From Asterias rubens (lineage: Eukaryota), in the NCBI RefSeq assembly GCF_902459465.1, contig NC_047072.1, positions 10,292,001 through 10,356,000 on the forward strand: 64,000 nucleotides of DNA. Reading direction: 5' to 3'. The first letter of the stretch is position 1. Each line of letters starts with the position of its first letter. The position numbers were made by a program, and so were the translations under genes. The notes under the pieces are model-generated. The model ran no database searches and was not told where the DNA came from. It worked only from the letters and a program-made list of their open reading frames with translations. This document shows positions 52,822 through 64,000 of this stretch, piece by piece.

Positions 52822-54060
52822 GAGGAGCACCAGTCTAAACAGTCGTCTGTTTCAACAATTTGAATAGACGGCTGTTTTATGAACCAATTCGTAGTGAGGA
52901 GAGCACCACTTTAAAAAGTCGTCTGTTTCATTGAACGGCTGTTTTGTGTATCATTATTTTGTCTATTCTGTAAGTGAGGAGCACCACTTTAAACAGTCGT
53001 CTGTTTCTTAGAACGGCTGTTTTGTGTATCATTATATACTTCTCAATTCTTAGTGTGGAACACCACTTTAAACAGTCGTCTGTTTCATTGAACGGTTGTT
53101 TTATGTACCATTAAATACTTGACAATTCTTAGTGAGGAGTACCACTTTAAACAGTCGTCTGTTTCATTATACGGCTGTTTTGTGTATCATTCTCAATTCT
53201 TAGTGATGAGCACCACTTTAAACAGTCGTCTGTTTTATTAAACGGCTGTTTTATGTATCATTATATACTTCTCAATTCTTAGTGATGAGCACCACTTTAA
53301 ACAGTCGTCTGTTTCATTTAACGGCTGTTTTGTGTATCATTATATACTTCTCAATTCTTAGCGCGGATATCCAGTTTAAACAGTCGTCTGTTTCATTGAA
53401 CGGTTGTTTTATGTATCATTATATACTTCTCAATTCTTCGTGATGAGCACCACTTTAAACAGCCGTCTGTTTCTAAAAACGGCTGTTTTATGTATCATTA
53501 TATACTTTTCAATTCTTAGCATGGAGCACCAGTTTAAACAGTCGTCTGTTTTATTATACGGCTGTTTTGTGTATTATTATATATTTCTCAATTCTTCGTG
53601 ATGAGCACCACTTTAAACAGCCGTCTGTTTCTAAAAACGACTATTTTATGTATCGTTAGATACTTTTCAATTCTTAGCATGGAGCACCAGTTTAAACAGT
53701 CGTCTGTTTCATTAAACGGCTGTTTTGTGTTTCATTATGTACTTCTCAATTCTTAGTGCGGAGCACCACTTTAAACAGTCGTCTGTTTCATTGAACGGTT
53801 GTTTTGTGTATCATTATATACTTCTCAATTCTTAGAATGGAGCACCAGTTTGAACAGTCGTCTGTTTCATCGAACGGCTGTTGTCTGATCATTATATACT
53901 TCTCAATTCCTAGTGAGGAGCACCACATTTAACAGTCGTCGGTTTTCATTGAACGGCTGTTTTATGTATCATTATATACTTGTCAATTCTTAGCATGGAG
54001 CATCACTATAAACAGACATCTGTTTCATTGTGTATGGACATTTATCGACAGCTGTTTTGT
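52822..54060. repeat. 79-bp tandem satellite, about 15-16 copies, each with an internal inverted repeat
   Basis: GAGCACCAC..AAACAGTCGTCTGTTT unit starts at 52979, 53058, 53137, 53208, 53287, 53366, 53445, 53524, 53603, 53682, 53761, 53840, 53919 and 53998. Confidence 0.95.
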
Positions 54061-54701
54061 GTATCATTTTTGTACTAAACTTTTTAAACTCATTTATTTT
54101 CTTCAATGCACATTAGTACTTTCTAAACATGGCCTACATCTGATTTCTTGTGCATGATGCCCCACAGATAAGGTCTAATTTCTTAAGATTGTGTATGCTG
54201 AGCACAACTAAGCAGAATACCAATTACACTTTGTGTAAATAAAATGTTAGCTGGTATCTCTTTCTGGTGAGCATAATTTTGTAGTGCTAAGCAGTTTTTT
54301 TATGCTTAGCTGTATTGCGGCCCAGGGGTTGTCTCGATCCATCTGTATCAACAGGAGCCCTCATGCTGCTCCCCCATCCCAATAGTGTCAAAAATGCCCC
54401 CAGCTGTTAGTATTGGAATAATATTACTGTCTTAAAAACAAAACAAACAACTGTAAAGCCCCCCCCTCCACAAAAACACCCCAAAACATCCTCTAAATTG
54501 TTTCATCCCATCCTTCTTACTTTTATAATCTTCTTCTTATTGTTACATGTGTTTGCCTAGTTGGTATTATTAAAACTATTTCTTTTTATGGAGCTGCCCA
54601 ATCTTTTGTATGCCTTATCTGGGATAATAAAGTTTGTTTAACTGAATAGGATTGAATTACGAAGTACTTCTGTGAGATTCCACTTGGGTGATTCACACAA
54701 T

Positions 54702-54739
54702 GAAAACAAAACAAAACAAAACAAAACAAAACAAAACAA
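54702..54739 (+). repeat. (CAAAA)n microsatellite
   Basis: Direct reading. Confidence 0.9.
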
Positions 54740-56028
54740 GACAGTTGCAAATAACTTCTGATCTGATAAAGATAAACTTTATTTTTCAAAAATGTAAGAA
54801 TTATTCAACATAGAAGTCAAATCTTTTCAGGATGAGATTGCATGAAGGTAGAACTTAACAGAAAAATGTTGAACGTCAATCCACGCTGTCTTTTGACATT
54901 TCGTTCAAATTTGTTGTGCAATGTATTTGGTACCTGTAGAGTGACCAGGGCCCAATTTCATAAAGCAAGTAAGCACAAAAACCTGCTAAGCACAAGAAAA
55001 TCTTGCTTAGCAAAAACAGGTTGCCAGCCAACATTCCATGAAGTTTACACTGTTGTGTCTGGTGCCCCACTCAATTTGTGCTTTACAGAGAAATTTGTCA
55101 AGCATTACTTTCTGCCAAACAGCAGTTATGAAATTTGGCCCTTGCCGGCTAGGCACGGATCCAGGAATTGTACGAGGGAGGGGGGGGGGGGGGAAATAAA
55201 CAAAATTAGAGAAGTAACTAGAAGGTTGCCATTATTATTTGGAGGGCAGTAGCCAACCTGGTAATAAATTTATGACATGTTATGCATCCGATAACACAAG
55301 CAAGGATCTTTGTGTGAGTGAGTTATTTAACAGCCAATGCAGTTTGACTTAAAACTTTAACCACAGAGGTATGTAGCTATAGATTAAAGTCTTCTTATGG
55401 GATGGTGTAAGTTTAAAGTTTACAAAATATTTGTTTTTTTAAGTCGCCAAGAGCAGGGGCTGATTTCATAAAGAGCTAAGATTGATTTTAACTGCAAATC
55501 AATCGCTGCTGCTATTGTAAAGTGTGATGTCACAATACAAATCCCTCTGGCGATACTGACACTGTGTCTCGCAATGAATTTTATTGCTTTGTGAAAACGG
55601 CTCAAGGGTTCCCCTGCAAATTGGCCTCCCGCTTGCACCACCTAGATCGGTGCCTGAGTGACATCCAAAGACCAAACCAAGACCTCCTGGTAATCTAAAA
55701 CTGAGACAGGATGGCTGAGAGATGCAGCATGGGCTAATAATGACTCCCAAGAAGAAGAAAAACAAGTTTGCGTGGGGGGGGGGGGGTGCGTTTATTCAGG
55801 TATTCAAATATCAAACACTCCAAGGTTTTGGCCTGAGAACTAGAGTTGTAGAAGTCCATCTATGAGTATTTTTTTACAGGATGTATGTCTGTGTTTTTTA
55901 CATTTTAAGTTTGCTCAAGTTTGCATGGGGGGGGGGGAGAGGTCCATTTATTCTGGTATTCGAATATCAACACTCCAAGGTTGTAGCCAAAGAATTAGAG
56001 TTGTCAAAGTCCATCTGTGAGCATATTT

Positions 56029-59000
56029 CTACAGGATGCATATTTGTGTTTTTACAATGTCAAGTTCGCTCTTTGTCCAATAGTGCTCTTCTGTTGGGAT
56101 ATCATCCTCTGCCATGGGTTCTGGTTGGTTGGTTTCGGGTTCTAGTTGCTTGGTTCCGGGTTTCGGTTGATTGGTCTCGGGTTCTGGTTGGCTGGTTTGA
56201 GCTGCTGGTGATTTTAACCTTTGCAATCTGAGGATGAAAGTATTGACAGGGTAAGAACATTTGTAAGTTGCGGTACCCGCTGCTTAAATATCGGATTCGA
56301 ACTACCTCTAGCTACCGGGCAATCTCAATGGTCTAGTTGGTAAGACACTGCTCTAGCATTGCAAAGGTTGTGGGTTTGAATCACACCTAAGTATTATGCA
56401 CCTGTGATTTTTTTCACATAGCTCGGGAAAGTACTGAGTATACAGTGCTTACACAAATGGGTGTAAATGGGTAAAACCAAAATAGACAGGGTAAGAGTTA
56501 AAAATAAGATTTTAAATAGCTTAAGAAATCAAAATTGGTTTATATATTTAATAATATTAATCTACATTATTTGACTCACTTTGTAGATCTTTCCAGTCTT
56601 TTTCTATTCTCGCTTGGTGGGGTGTCAAGCAACAGGAAATTGGGGTCATCTGGCTGACCTGGTATTGACCCGATTGGACATTTGGACCAGTTGACCTCAG
56701 CTATAACAAAACATGTCATCAATAAAACATCACAAATGTGTTTTCCTATTATATCCTGATTCATTAAACCACAGAGACTACAATATTGCTTATAAATTCA
56801 GATCAATGTCAGGTTTGTTCCACACACACAAATCTCTGTCATTTGATAGTGGGAACAAGCTTCACGTGGCATTCTTTAGTTTGCCATGTACATGTACTTG
56901 TTTACTATTGCGACGCCCCAAATGTTAATGTAGGAGTCCTGTATGAATAATTATATCAAATAATTTGTGGCATGGTTTCAAAAATAATTGTCTTCTGCCT
57001 GTTTGTCCAAACCAGGCAATGTTATGTCACGATCAAGTTGGTCACGATGGACAAGGCAGGTGGATGAGTTTCCATGTCTACTATATAAATATTGTGATTC
57101 CCGAGGATCTATGTGTGAGATCTATGCATAAACAGATACTGACGATAGCCCCAAAATACAATATAGGAGTCCTATATTTATATTTCTCTGTCTGTTTGTC
57201 CAAACGAGGCAAGGCTTTGTCACGACGGATATGGTTGGTGCATTGTCACAGAATTTAATCACTCAATGACATCTGTTTCCATTTCCCATGGCTTCACCTT
57301 GCGAAATGAAGAGTCCAAATTTCACCATGTTGTCCATGTTGTCACCTTGTTGTTAAACAGCCGTTTAACGATAATTGTTAATAAATCGGTTTATTTCTTC
57401 ATGTAGACAACTCTTGCAAAAACAACTTTTGTACAATCCCATTGAAAGTTTATGAAGGCCGTATCCGAATTGGTGTCTACAGCTACGGCTACGGCTGTTG
57501 CTAAGAGTGTTGCTAAGGACATCCTATTACTCAATCAACATATGATGATGCTGAAGTCTAGCTTAAGCCCTAGCTGTAACCACCAATCCGGACACGGCCT
57601 TAGATCATGGTCTCTAGCTCTTAAAAATGACTAACCTGTACTTAATGACCATGGTTTAAAACCGTCTTGTTCTTTTAACACCCCTGTCTCCACATAGCTT
57701 TCCTCAACACCTTCCATTTTCTCCTCAACAACCAATGACGACTCTGAAGATTTGTTTCCCTGTGATAAATTTTCACCCACTGTTTCCAGAATGTCCTCTG
57801 ACGTGTAAATCCTCAGTGCTTTAGTGCCATCTTCGGATGTTAGTGATGCAGGCTGTTGAGTTTCCAGAGCGTTGCAGTAGACGGATAATAGATGTTTCAC
57901 TTTGGTTTGTGTTTGCTCTGATGGCTTTGGGACTACATTTGGCAAAATGCTGAAACAAATTTCACAAATGAATTGTAAATTTTACTGTGTCTGAACATAT
58001 TTAATAAAATATTTTATATGGGGGATTCATGTTTGTACCCCCTTCCCTTTCAGATCAGGGCCCAATTTCATAAACCCTATAAGCACAAAAACTTGCTAAG
58101 CACAGATATTTCTTGCTTACCAGAAACAGGTTACCAGCCAAAATGCCATAAAGTTTACATTGTTGGGACTGGTGCCCCACTCATTTTTTTGCTGAGCAAA
58201 GTAATGTGTTTAGCAGTATTTTTGGCTAAACAGCTTTATCAAACTGGGCTCTAGACCTTTAATATGATACTAAAAATAGTCAGAATGAAATTGTAAGTTA
58301 CAGAGGATCCCAAGTACAGAGGATCCAATAGATGTTAAATTTGCATCGGAGATAAAGAAAATAATTTTTTTTTTATCGTAACACCAATGAGTGTTAGCAC
58401 TGCAAACTCAGTACTTTCCCCCGAGTTCTGTGGGAAAAACAAATCACAGGCATATTACTCAGGTGGGATTCGGTCGCGGGTTCGAATCCAACCCTTGTAA
58501 TTTGCCTGTGATTTGCGTCACAGAAGTTAGGAAAGTTTACAGTGCTCACACACATCGGTGAAAGTATGAACAGAATCAATGCAGAGGATCCAGTTGTTTT
58601 TAAATAACGGCACTGGACACTATGGGTAATTGTCAAAGACCAGTGTTCTCACTTGGTGTATCTCAACGTGTGCATAAAATAACAAACCTGTAATAATTTG
58701 GGCTCAATTGGTTATCTAAGTTGCATGAGAATGAATAATGAAAGAAAGCACCCATGTTGCACAAAGTTGTGTGCTTTCAGTTGCATAACAAAAGACTTCG
58801 GGTGAAGTGATTATCATTTTGTATCAGAATCTTTCGACTTACAACTTTAGGAGGCGGAGGGTAAATGCATTAGGGCATCGGATGCAATCTTCATAAACCT
58901 CATTCCAGGGAAGTTTCAAAATGTTTCTGTACAGCATTGAGTACTCTCTAAAGGGCCTCCTATCTGTAGCTATAAAAGGAAAGAAACAAACCAATCATTC

Positions 59001-62000
59001 AAACTCCTGCTTATTTGATTGTTGCGCCAAAGATGTGCAGACAAGCACATTAAACTTGAGTCAATGGAATGTGGGTTCCAATCCTAAAGCAAGCTGGTAT
59101 AACTCTAATTGATCCTCACCAACCAATCAAGATTAAACGTGCACCTGTTTTTTACTTCATTTTATTTCATTTCTTGTATTACTTCTGGTTGTGAGGTCAA
59201 GGACTCCAAGAAAAGGGAACTTAATCATTGTACTAGCCAGTAACCTCATGGAGAGGTGACAAAGAAGGTTTTTTTCAGCTTTAGATGTGAGAGGTAAACC
59301 CCGGGGAATTATTCCAGGGAACGTACACAGTCAGAGAGGGACTGGAAACCCAATCTAAGTAGTGCCCCAGGCATACTTCGAACCAGGGTGCTACAATTCT
59401 GACCTTATCTCGTTGGGCCCCACCTACCCCCTTTCAATGTTGGCTCTCATCGCACGGTCTTTTGCGTTCAAGTCAACATTGAGCGGGGGACGGGGGAACA
59501 TAATGTTAATTGTCAGGGGGAAGTGGACAGGGAATGTTTATTGTAAAGTTGGGAATGGGTGGCCCACACATTTTGTTCTGGATTGTTGGGTGGAAGGCGA
59601 GGAAACATACAGCCACATAATTACCTGTTTATATTGAGCTTTTAAAACCAACAATGTTTCCAAGAACAGGACTAGAGTTTGCCAACACACAGAGGGAAGT
59701 GGAGGATAGAAAAAACATGGAAAAAGCCTTTTGCATCATCAAATGCCCCCTTTCCCAATAACCTCTCCCATGCCTGGGATAAAGGGCTGGGTGACGAAGA
59801 GCGTGAACAGACACCAGTAGATTTGATCCCCCCTTTCACAAATAAATCTTGTACCACCCTTTTCAAAACAATACTTACTTCCGGCCATTATAATCTGCAG
59901 CGCCCATCCCATGAGATACTGGGCTGGTTTAGCTCCGACAAGCCTAAATCTACCCAGCTCCTTGACGATACACTGCAGCAACAGAGGGGTGAACCCCAGT
60001 GAATCTAACAGCAAAACCAGAGGCTTCCAGAAGCGGCAGAGGCCTTTGTGAATCATGGTGATATTTCCGATAGTTGATACACCTGAAAATAATGGAAAAC
60101 ATAATTATTTATATTTATTTCATTTCTCTGGTAGATAAAAAGGTACAATAATGCACATTTATTTAGGTACAAATATTAAAAGAAACAATTAAAATACAGA
60201 GGAAGGAAAAAGAAACAGCTGGAGCAAGAAGGATTGCTGTAAAGAAACACAGTTCCTGTATAGAGCTTCTCCTCTCCAGCTGGCCCTAAACAGCACAACT
60301 AATATAAAAATATTTAAATACATAAATTTATAAACAGCAGTCAAAATGTGAAAAATTTGCATAAAAATACACATACAAGGGCATAAAAGTAAGGTAACAT
60401 ACATGTATGTAACATAGATGAAAAATATCTAAAAAATTTGATGATAACGAAGTAAAATTAATTTTAAAAACAGATTAAAAAACACAGCAATTAGTTATAT
60501 AGAAAAGCTAAAAAGCTTGGGTAATGGGAATTCCCAAGGAGCACGACATGATGGAGGATCTTCACAAACTTTTACAGTTTGTCTTAAGAGTAAACTCATA
60601 ACAAGGGGCTGTAATAGTGAAAGTGAGAATTTTTCTTGCTATTTATTCTACTGCCGTGGAGTAGGTTTCAGAATTCGGGAGACTACTAGGTTCTGAAAGC
60701 ATACTGCTTATTAAGTACTTCCGAGGCGGAAGCCGGAATTACAGTTTTTGCTCTTCAGTGGATCGAGGGGACTTCTCATTATTAAACTACACTGCCGCAG
60801 AGTGAGTTAGTATTTTGGTCTCAAGGTTTCGACTAGCTTGCTCTAGTCAATGATACCCAGCTAACACGAAAAACAAGCCCTCAACAGGTAGGCTAAAACG
60901 GTTATCAACTTTCCTAGAGTAAAATACAATTATGGTAAGAACTCGTCCAGTTAATAAGTTGGTTCCCATCTTACCTTGGTAGATATTCAATGCCTCTAAT
61001 TGCTCTGTGGTGGGTACCAGGTAGCCATCTTGCAGTAGAAGCGGTATAACTAGGTATCTGTGTTGAGTCAAAGAGAATACAATTTGTCTTAAAGAAATAG
61101 TTTTATAACATAACCCAATAAGATATCTATTTGTTAGCAAAACAATTTCCAACCTGGTGTTTTAAAAAAGGCAGATGTTCACATTTACTTTCAGAACAGT
61201 GTTTTAAATAATCACTTACTGCCAAATTTCTTCTCTTTTGGGAGGAAAAGGAGTCAATAAGAGCCAACACTCCTCCCTAGTTTAACCTACTTCATAAGTT
61301 TCCAATATCAACTTCTTGTAGCTTGTCAGTGGTATAGTGGTAATATTCACACAGGTCATGGGTTTGAATGCCACCTGAGGCCAAATCCCATCCAACTAAT
61401 AAACCCAGAGATATTTGTTTTTCTTCCACAGAATTTGTGAAAAGTACTATTGAGTCTACAGTGCTTAAAAATTGTATGGTGGGTATCCCCCAAAAATAAC
61501 ATCCTTGATTCAAAATTCTTCAAACTCAACAACATTCAGTACCCTTACCTGGCTTCAGGATCTGCCAGGCAGTGTTCCAAGCCAGACATTACTGTTGTGA
61601 CCTTTCCACCGTCACTGTGGGCCCCATTAACAATAACCTGTGGAAGTCAAAACGTTTTTGATAAGAAGATTTTAGCGGGCATAAATGCATCTCAGTACAG
61701 ATGGATTGCATAAGTGACAAAACGTCATTGGCCACCATCATTGATATCGGTAGTTAGCAATGGTTTATTTTATTTTAATTTAAAAAAAAACCCAAAAGGT
61801 TGCGTTATTCAAGTTTAAAAGGTTTTTTACAAAACTAAGAAAACAGAAAATAACAAAAAACGGATTGATGAAAACGTGTACAGTGTTGGAGCACAACTCT
61901 CAGCCAGTGACATCATACATGCACGTATCATCAACACAACTGTATGGAGTCTGTTGGTGGAAAACACTGGATAAAAGAAATTGACCTAAAATGGAATGGT

Positions 62001-63752
62001 CAGTATAAACATTCTTATTCATTACCTTAAACTGTACTTGTTGGTAAGCAATGATCAGTCTTGTAATATCACCTGCAAAAAAAACACACAAAAAAAACCA
62101 CACACACAAATAAAATACAGATCCGGACTCGGGAGAGGTGGGGGACTCTAACCTTCTGGAAAGTATCCTTTTTAAAATGACAATACTCTTGGGGAAAAGG
62201 TCACCTGTCTAAAAGAATATAAAACTACAATGTTTCAAAAATATGTGTTGATGTTGCAAAGCCATAATTTTCTGGGACAGTTATGCAGGTTCGAATCTCG
62301 AGCTGTGACACTTGTGTTCTTAAGCAAAACACTGAACCATTGCTTCGTCCTTCGGATGGGACGTAAAGCCATTGGTCCCATGTGTTGTGTAACGCATGTA
62401 AAAGAACCCAGTGCACTTATCGAAAAGAGAAGGGGTTTGTCCCGGTGTTCCTGGCTGTGGCTGCTGTATGCACCATAGCAACTTGTAAACCCTTATACGG
62501 TGCTACATAATTGGGTCGCAGAATTCATCACTGCAATAACCTATCTTTCTGAAAACTTGTATATACTCAGCGCCTTGTGTACCTTGTTTGGTAGATACGT
62601 GCGCTATATAAGACTTTGATATCTTTATTCATCATTAGTTGGTTATACACTGCTCTAGAATTGCAAGGGTCGTGGGTTCGAATCCCACCTGAGTAATATG
62701 CCTGTGATATTTGTTCACAGGACTCGGGAAAGTACTGAGTATACAATGCTAACACACATCGGTGTATGGGTAAACCAAAAAGTTAATATTCTTTATCCCC
62801 GATGCAAACTTAACATCTCTTATATCATTGTTATTATTATTATTATGAAACATAAACAAAAACAAGGCGAGGAAGTTTTTCATGCAGTACCTCCGACACC
62901 ATCAATGTTTGGTGCCCAGACTACCTCCTCCACCACTTTCTTCTGTGCGGGTGCTGGTGCTGGAACCTTTATGCACTGCTGGATCCAGAAGTATTCACGC
63001 AGCCACACCAGGCCAATCTTAGCTGCTGCTTTCAAGATGGCTAGGGGTGGCATGTGCTTGTGACTCGCTTCATGACGGAGCTCTACAATCCACTCAGGAA
63101 GACCAATCTGTGAAAATTGACAAGGGTTACCTTTTTGTTTAGACAAAATTGAGCTATTTGCAGTACCTGTTGCTTATTTTTACATAATCAAACTGGCTTC
63201 TTATTACGGGGCTCTGTGGTCTTGGTTCGGTCAAGTTGGTCTTTGAAAAGCATTTGAAACCATTTGTTATGAAATGCAAATAGTTAGATGGATAATTTGA
63301 AAGTAGACAATCATGATCCACACAAACATGCCTCGAAAATGCACGGTTTTCCCTTTAAGTCGCGAAGAAACACAGTCGTCCATTTTGTGGGGTCAAAATT
63401 TTGACTCAAAAACTGGCTGACCGTGTCAGTTCGCTACATAAAAGGTAAACCATGCAGTTTCCAGTGATACTTGTGTGGATCATTATATTATACTTTTAAA
63501 ATATCTTTCTAACCATATGCATTTCATAACAAACGGTTTCAAACGCTTTACACAGACCAACTCAACCGATCCAAGGCAACGTGTTCCTTTTTTTTGAGTA
63601 ATGACCAATAGTGTCCAGTGCCTTTACATTTAAGTGCATCTCTGGCTCGACTGCGAACCCTTTTCGCTGTCAATCTCACCTCTTTGGCAAGAGACACAAC
63701 CGGCTGAGCTTGTCCCTTGGTCTGCAAGTATCCAGTCAGGAGATTTACAAAT
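56029..63752 (-). CDS. LAS1L: Ribosomal biogenesis protein LAS1L, partial (5' exons beyond the window)
   Basis: Exons in phase: 63680-63752, 62891-63107, 62026-62072, 61549-61637, 60975-61057, 59879-60082, 58843-58969, 57636-57949, 56580-56700, 56029-56227. Las1 motif FVNLL..LAKE|IGLPEWIVELRHEASH..WLREYFW, also DGYLVPTTEQLEAL, FWKPL, and the C-terminal WSKCPIGSIPGQ. Confidence 0.93.
62285..62632 (+). mobile_element. tRNA-derived SINE, 5'-truncated
   Basis: Near-identical body and tail to the 1111-1521 copy. Confidence 0.88.
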
Positions 63753-64000
63753 CTGTTTTAATGAGAAGAAGAAAAAAAAAACATGAACAATACACAACAA
63801 ATTTAAGTCTTATAGACGAAATTTCAAATTCAAGATTGTTTTCTTAATAATGAAATCCACTACCAATAACATAGGACTGACTCTTCAGAGGAAATTGCCT
63901 TCATGCCAGCCTTGATGCCCCTAGAAATGTTCAAATACAAGTTTACATTACTCAAATATGCCCTTGCCATTGAAAAAACTTTCAAAAGAATGAAGTACCA

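Noticed and set aside
52822-54060. CRISPR array or hammerhead retrozyme array
   Set aside because: No unique spacers, eukaryotic context, no cas genes. The minus strand has GAAAC-stem-GUU but no CUGANGA core.
59630-59680. Extra LAS1L exon (LFLETLLVLKAQYKQ)
   Set aside because: It would end in phase 0, while exon 59879-60082 already splices in phase to 58843-58969.

Overview
Intron-rich metazoan genomic DNA, probably an invertebrate (taxon is inference), with one 193-N gap at 39280-39472. Spliced protein genes reconstructed by hand with GT-AG sites and consistent phases: (1) part of an MFI/C11orf65-like IQ-motif gene (minus, running off the left edge); (2) an unrecognised 3-exon ORF of about 249 aa (plus, 9561-11458); (3) a near-complete SHPRH gene (minus, 26 coding exons, 27323-51571); (4) the 3' part of LAS1L (minus, 56029 to beyond 63752). 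Introns and spacers hold tRNA-derived SINEs, a 5'-truncated L2/CR1-type LINE, TTAA-flanked Kolobok-like MITEs (one with a THAP relic), a MULE-like element and several minisatellites. The most unusual part is 12768-23600. A 3.4-kb tandem triplication carries three copies of a GC-rich, TATA-driven unit of about 500 nt with paired 5'/3' ends (minus). A divergently oriented paralog of about 350 nt follows (plus, 23163-23510). The two types share four collinear motifs, including a hairpin that is 17/21 identical with a C:G to U:G change. No canonical RNA family motif was recognised, so this is a candidate new, locally amplified structured ncRNA family with bZIP-type promoter motifs. All RNA structures were paired by eye, not computed.
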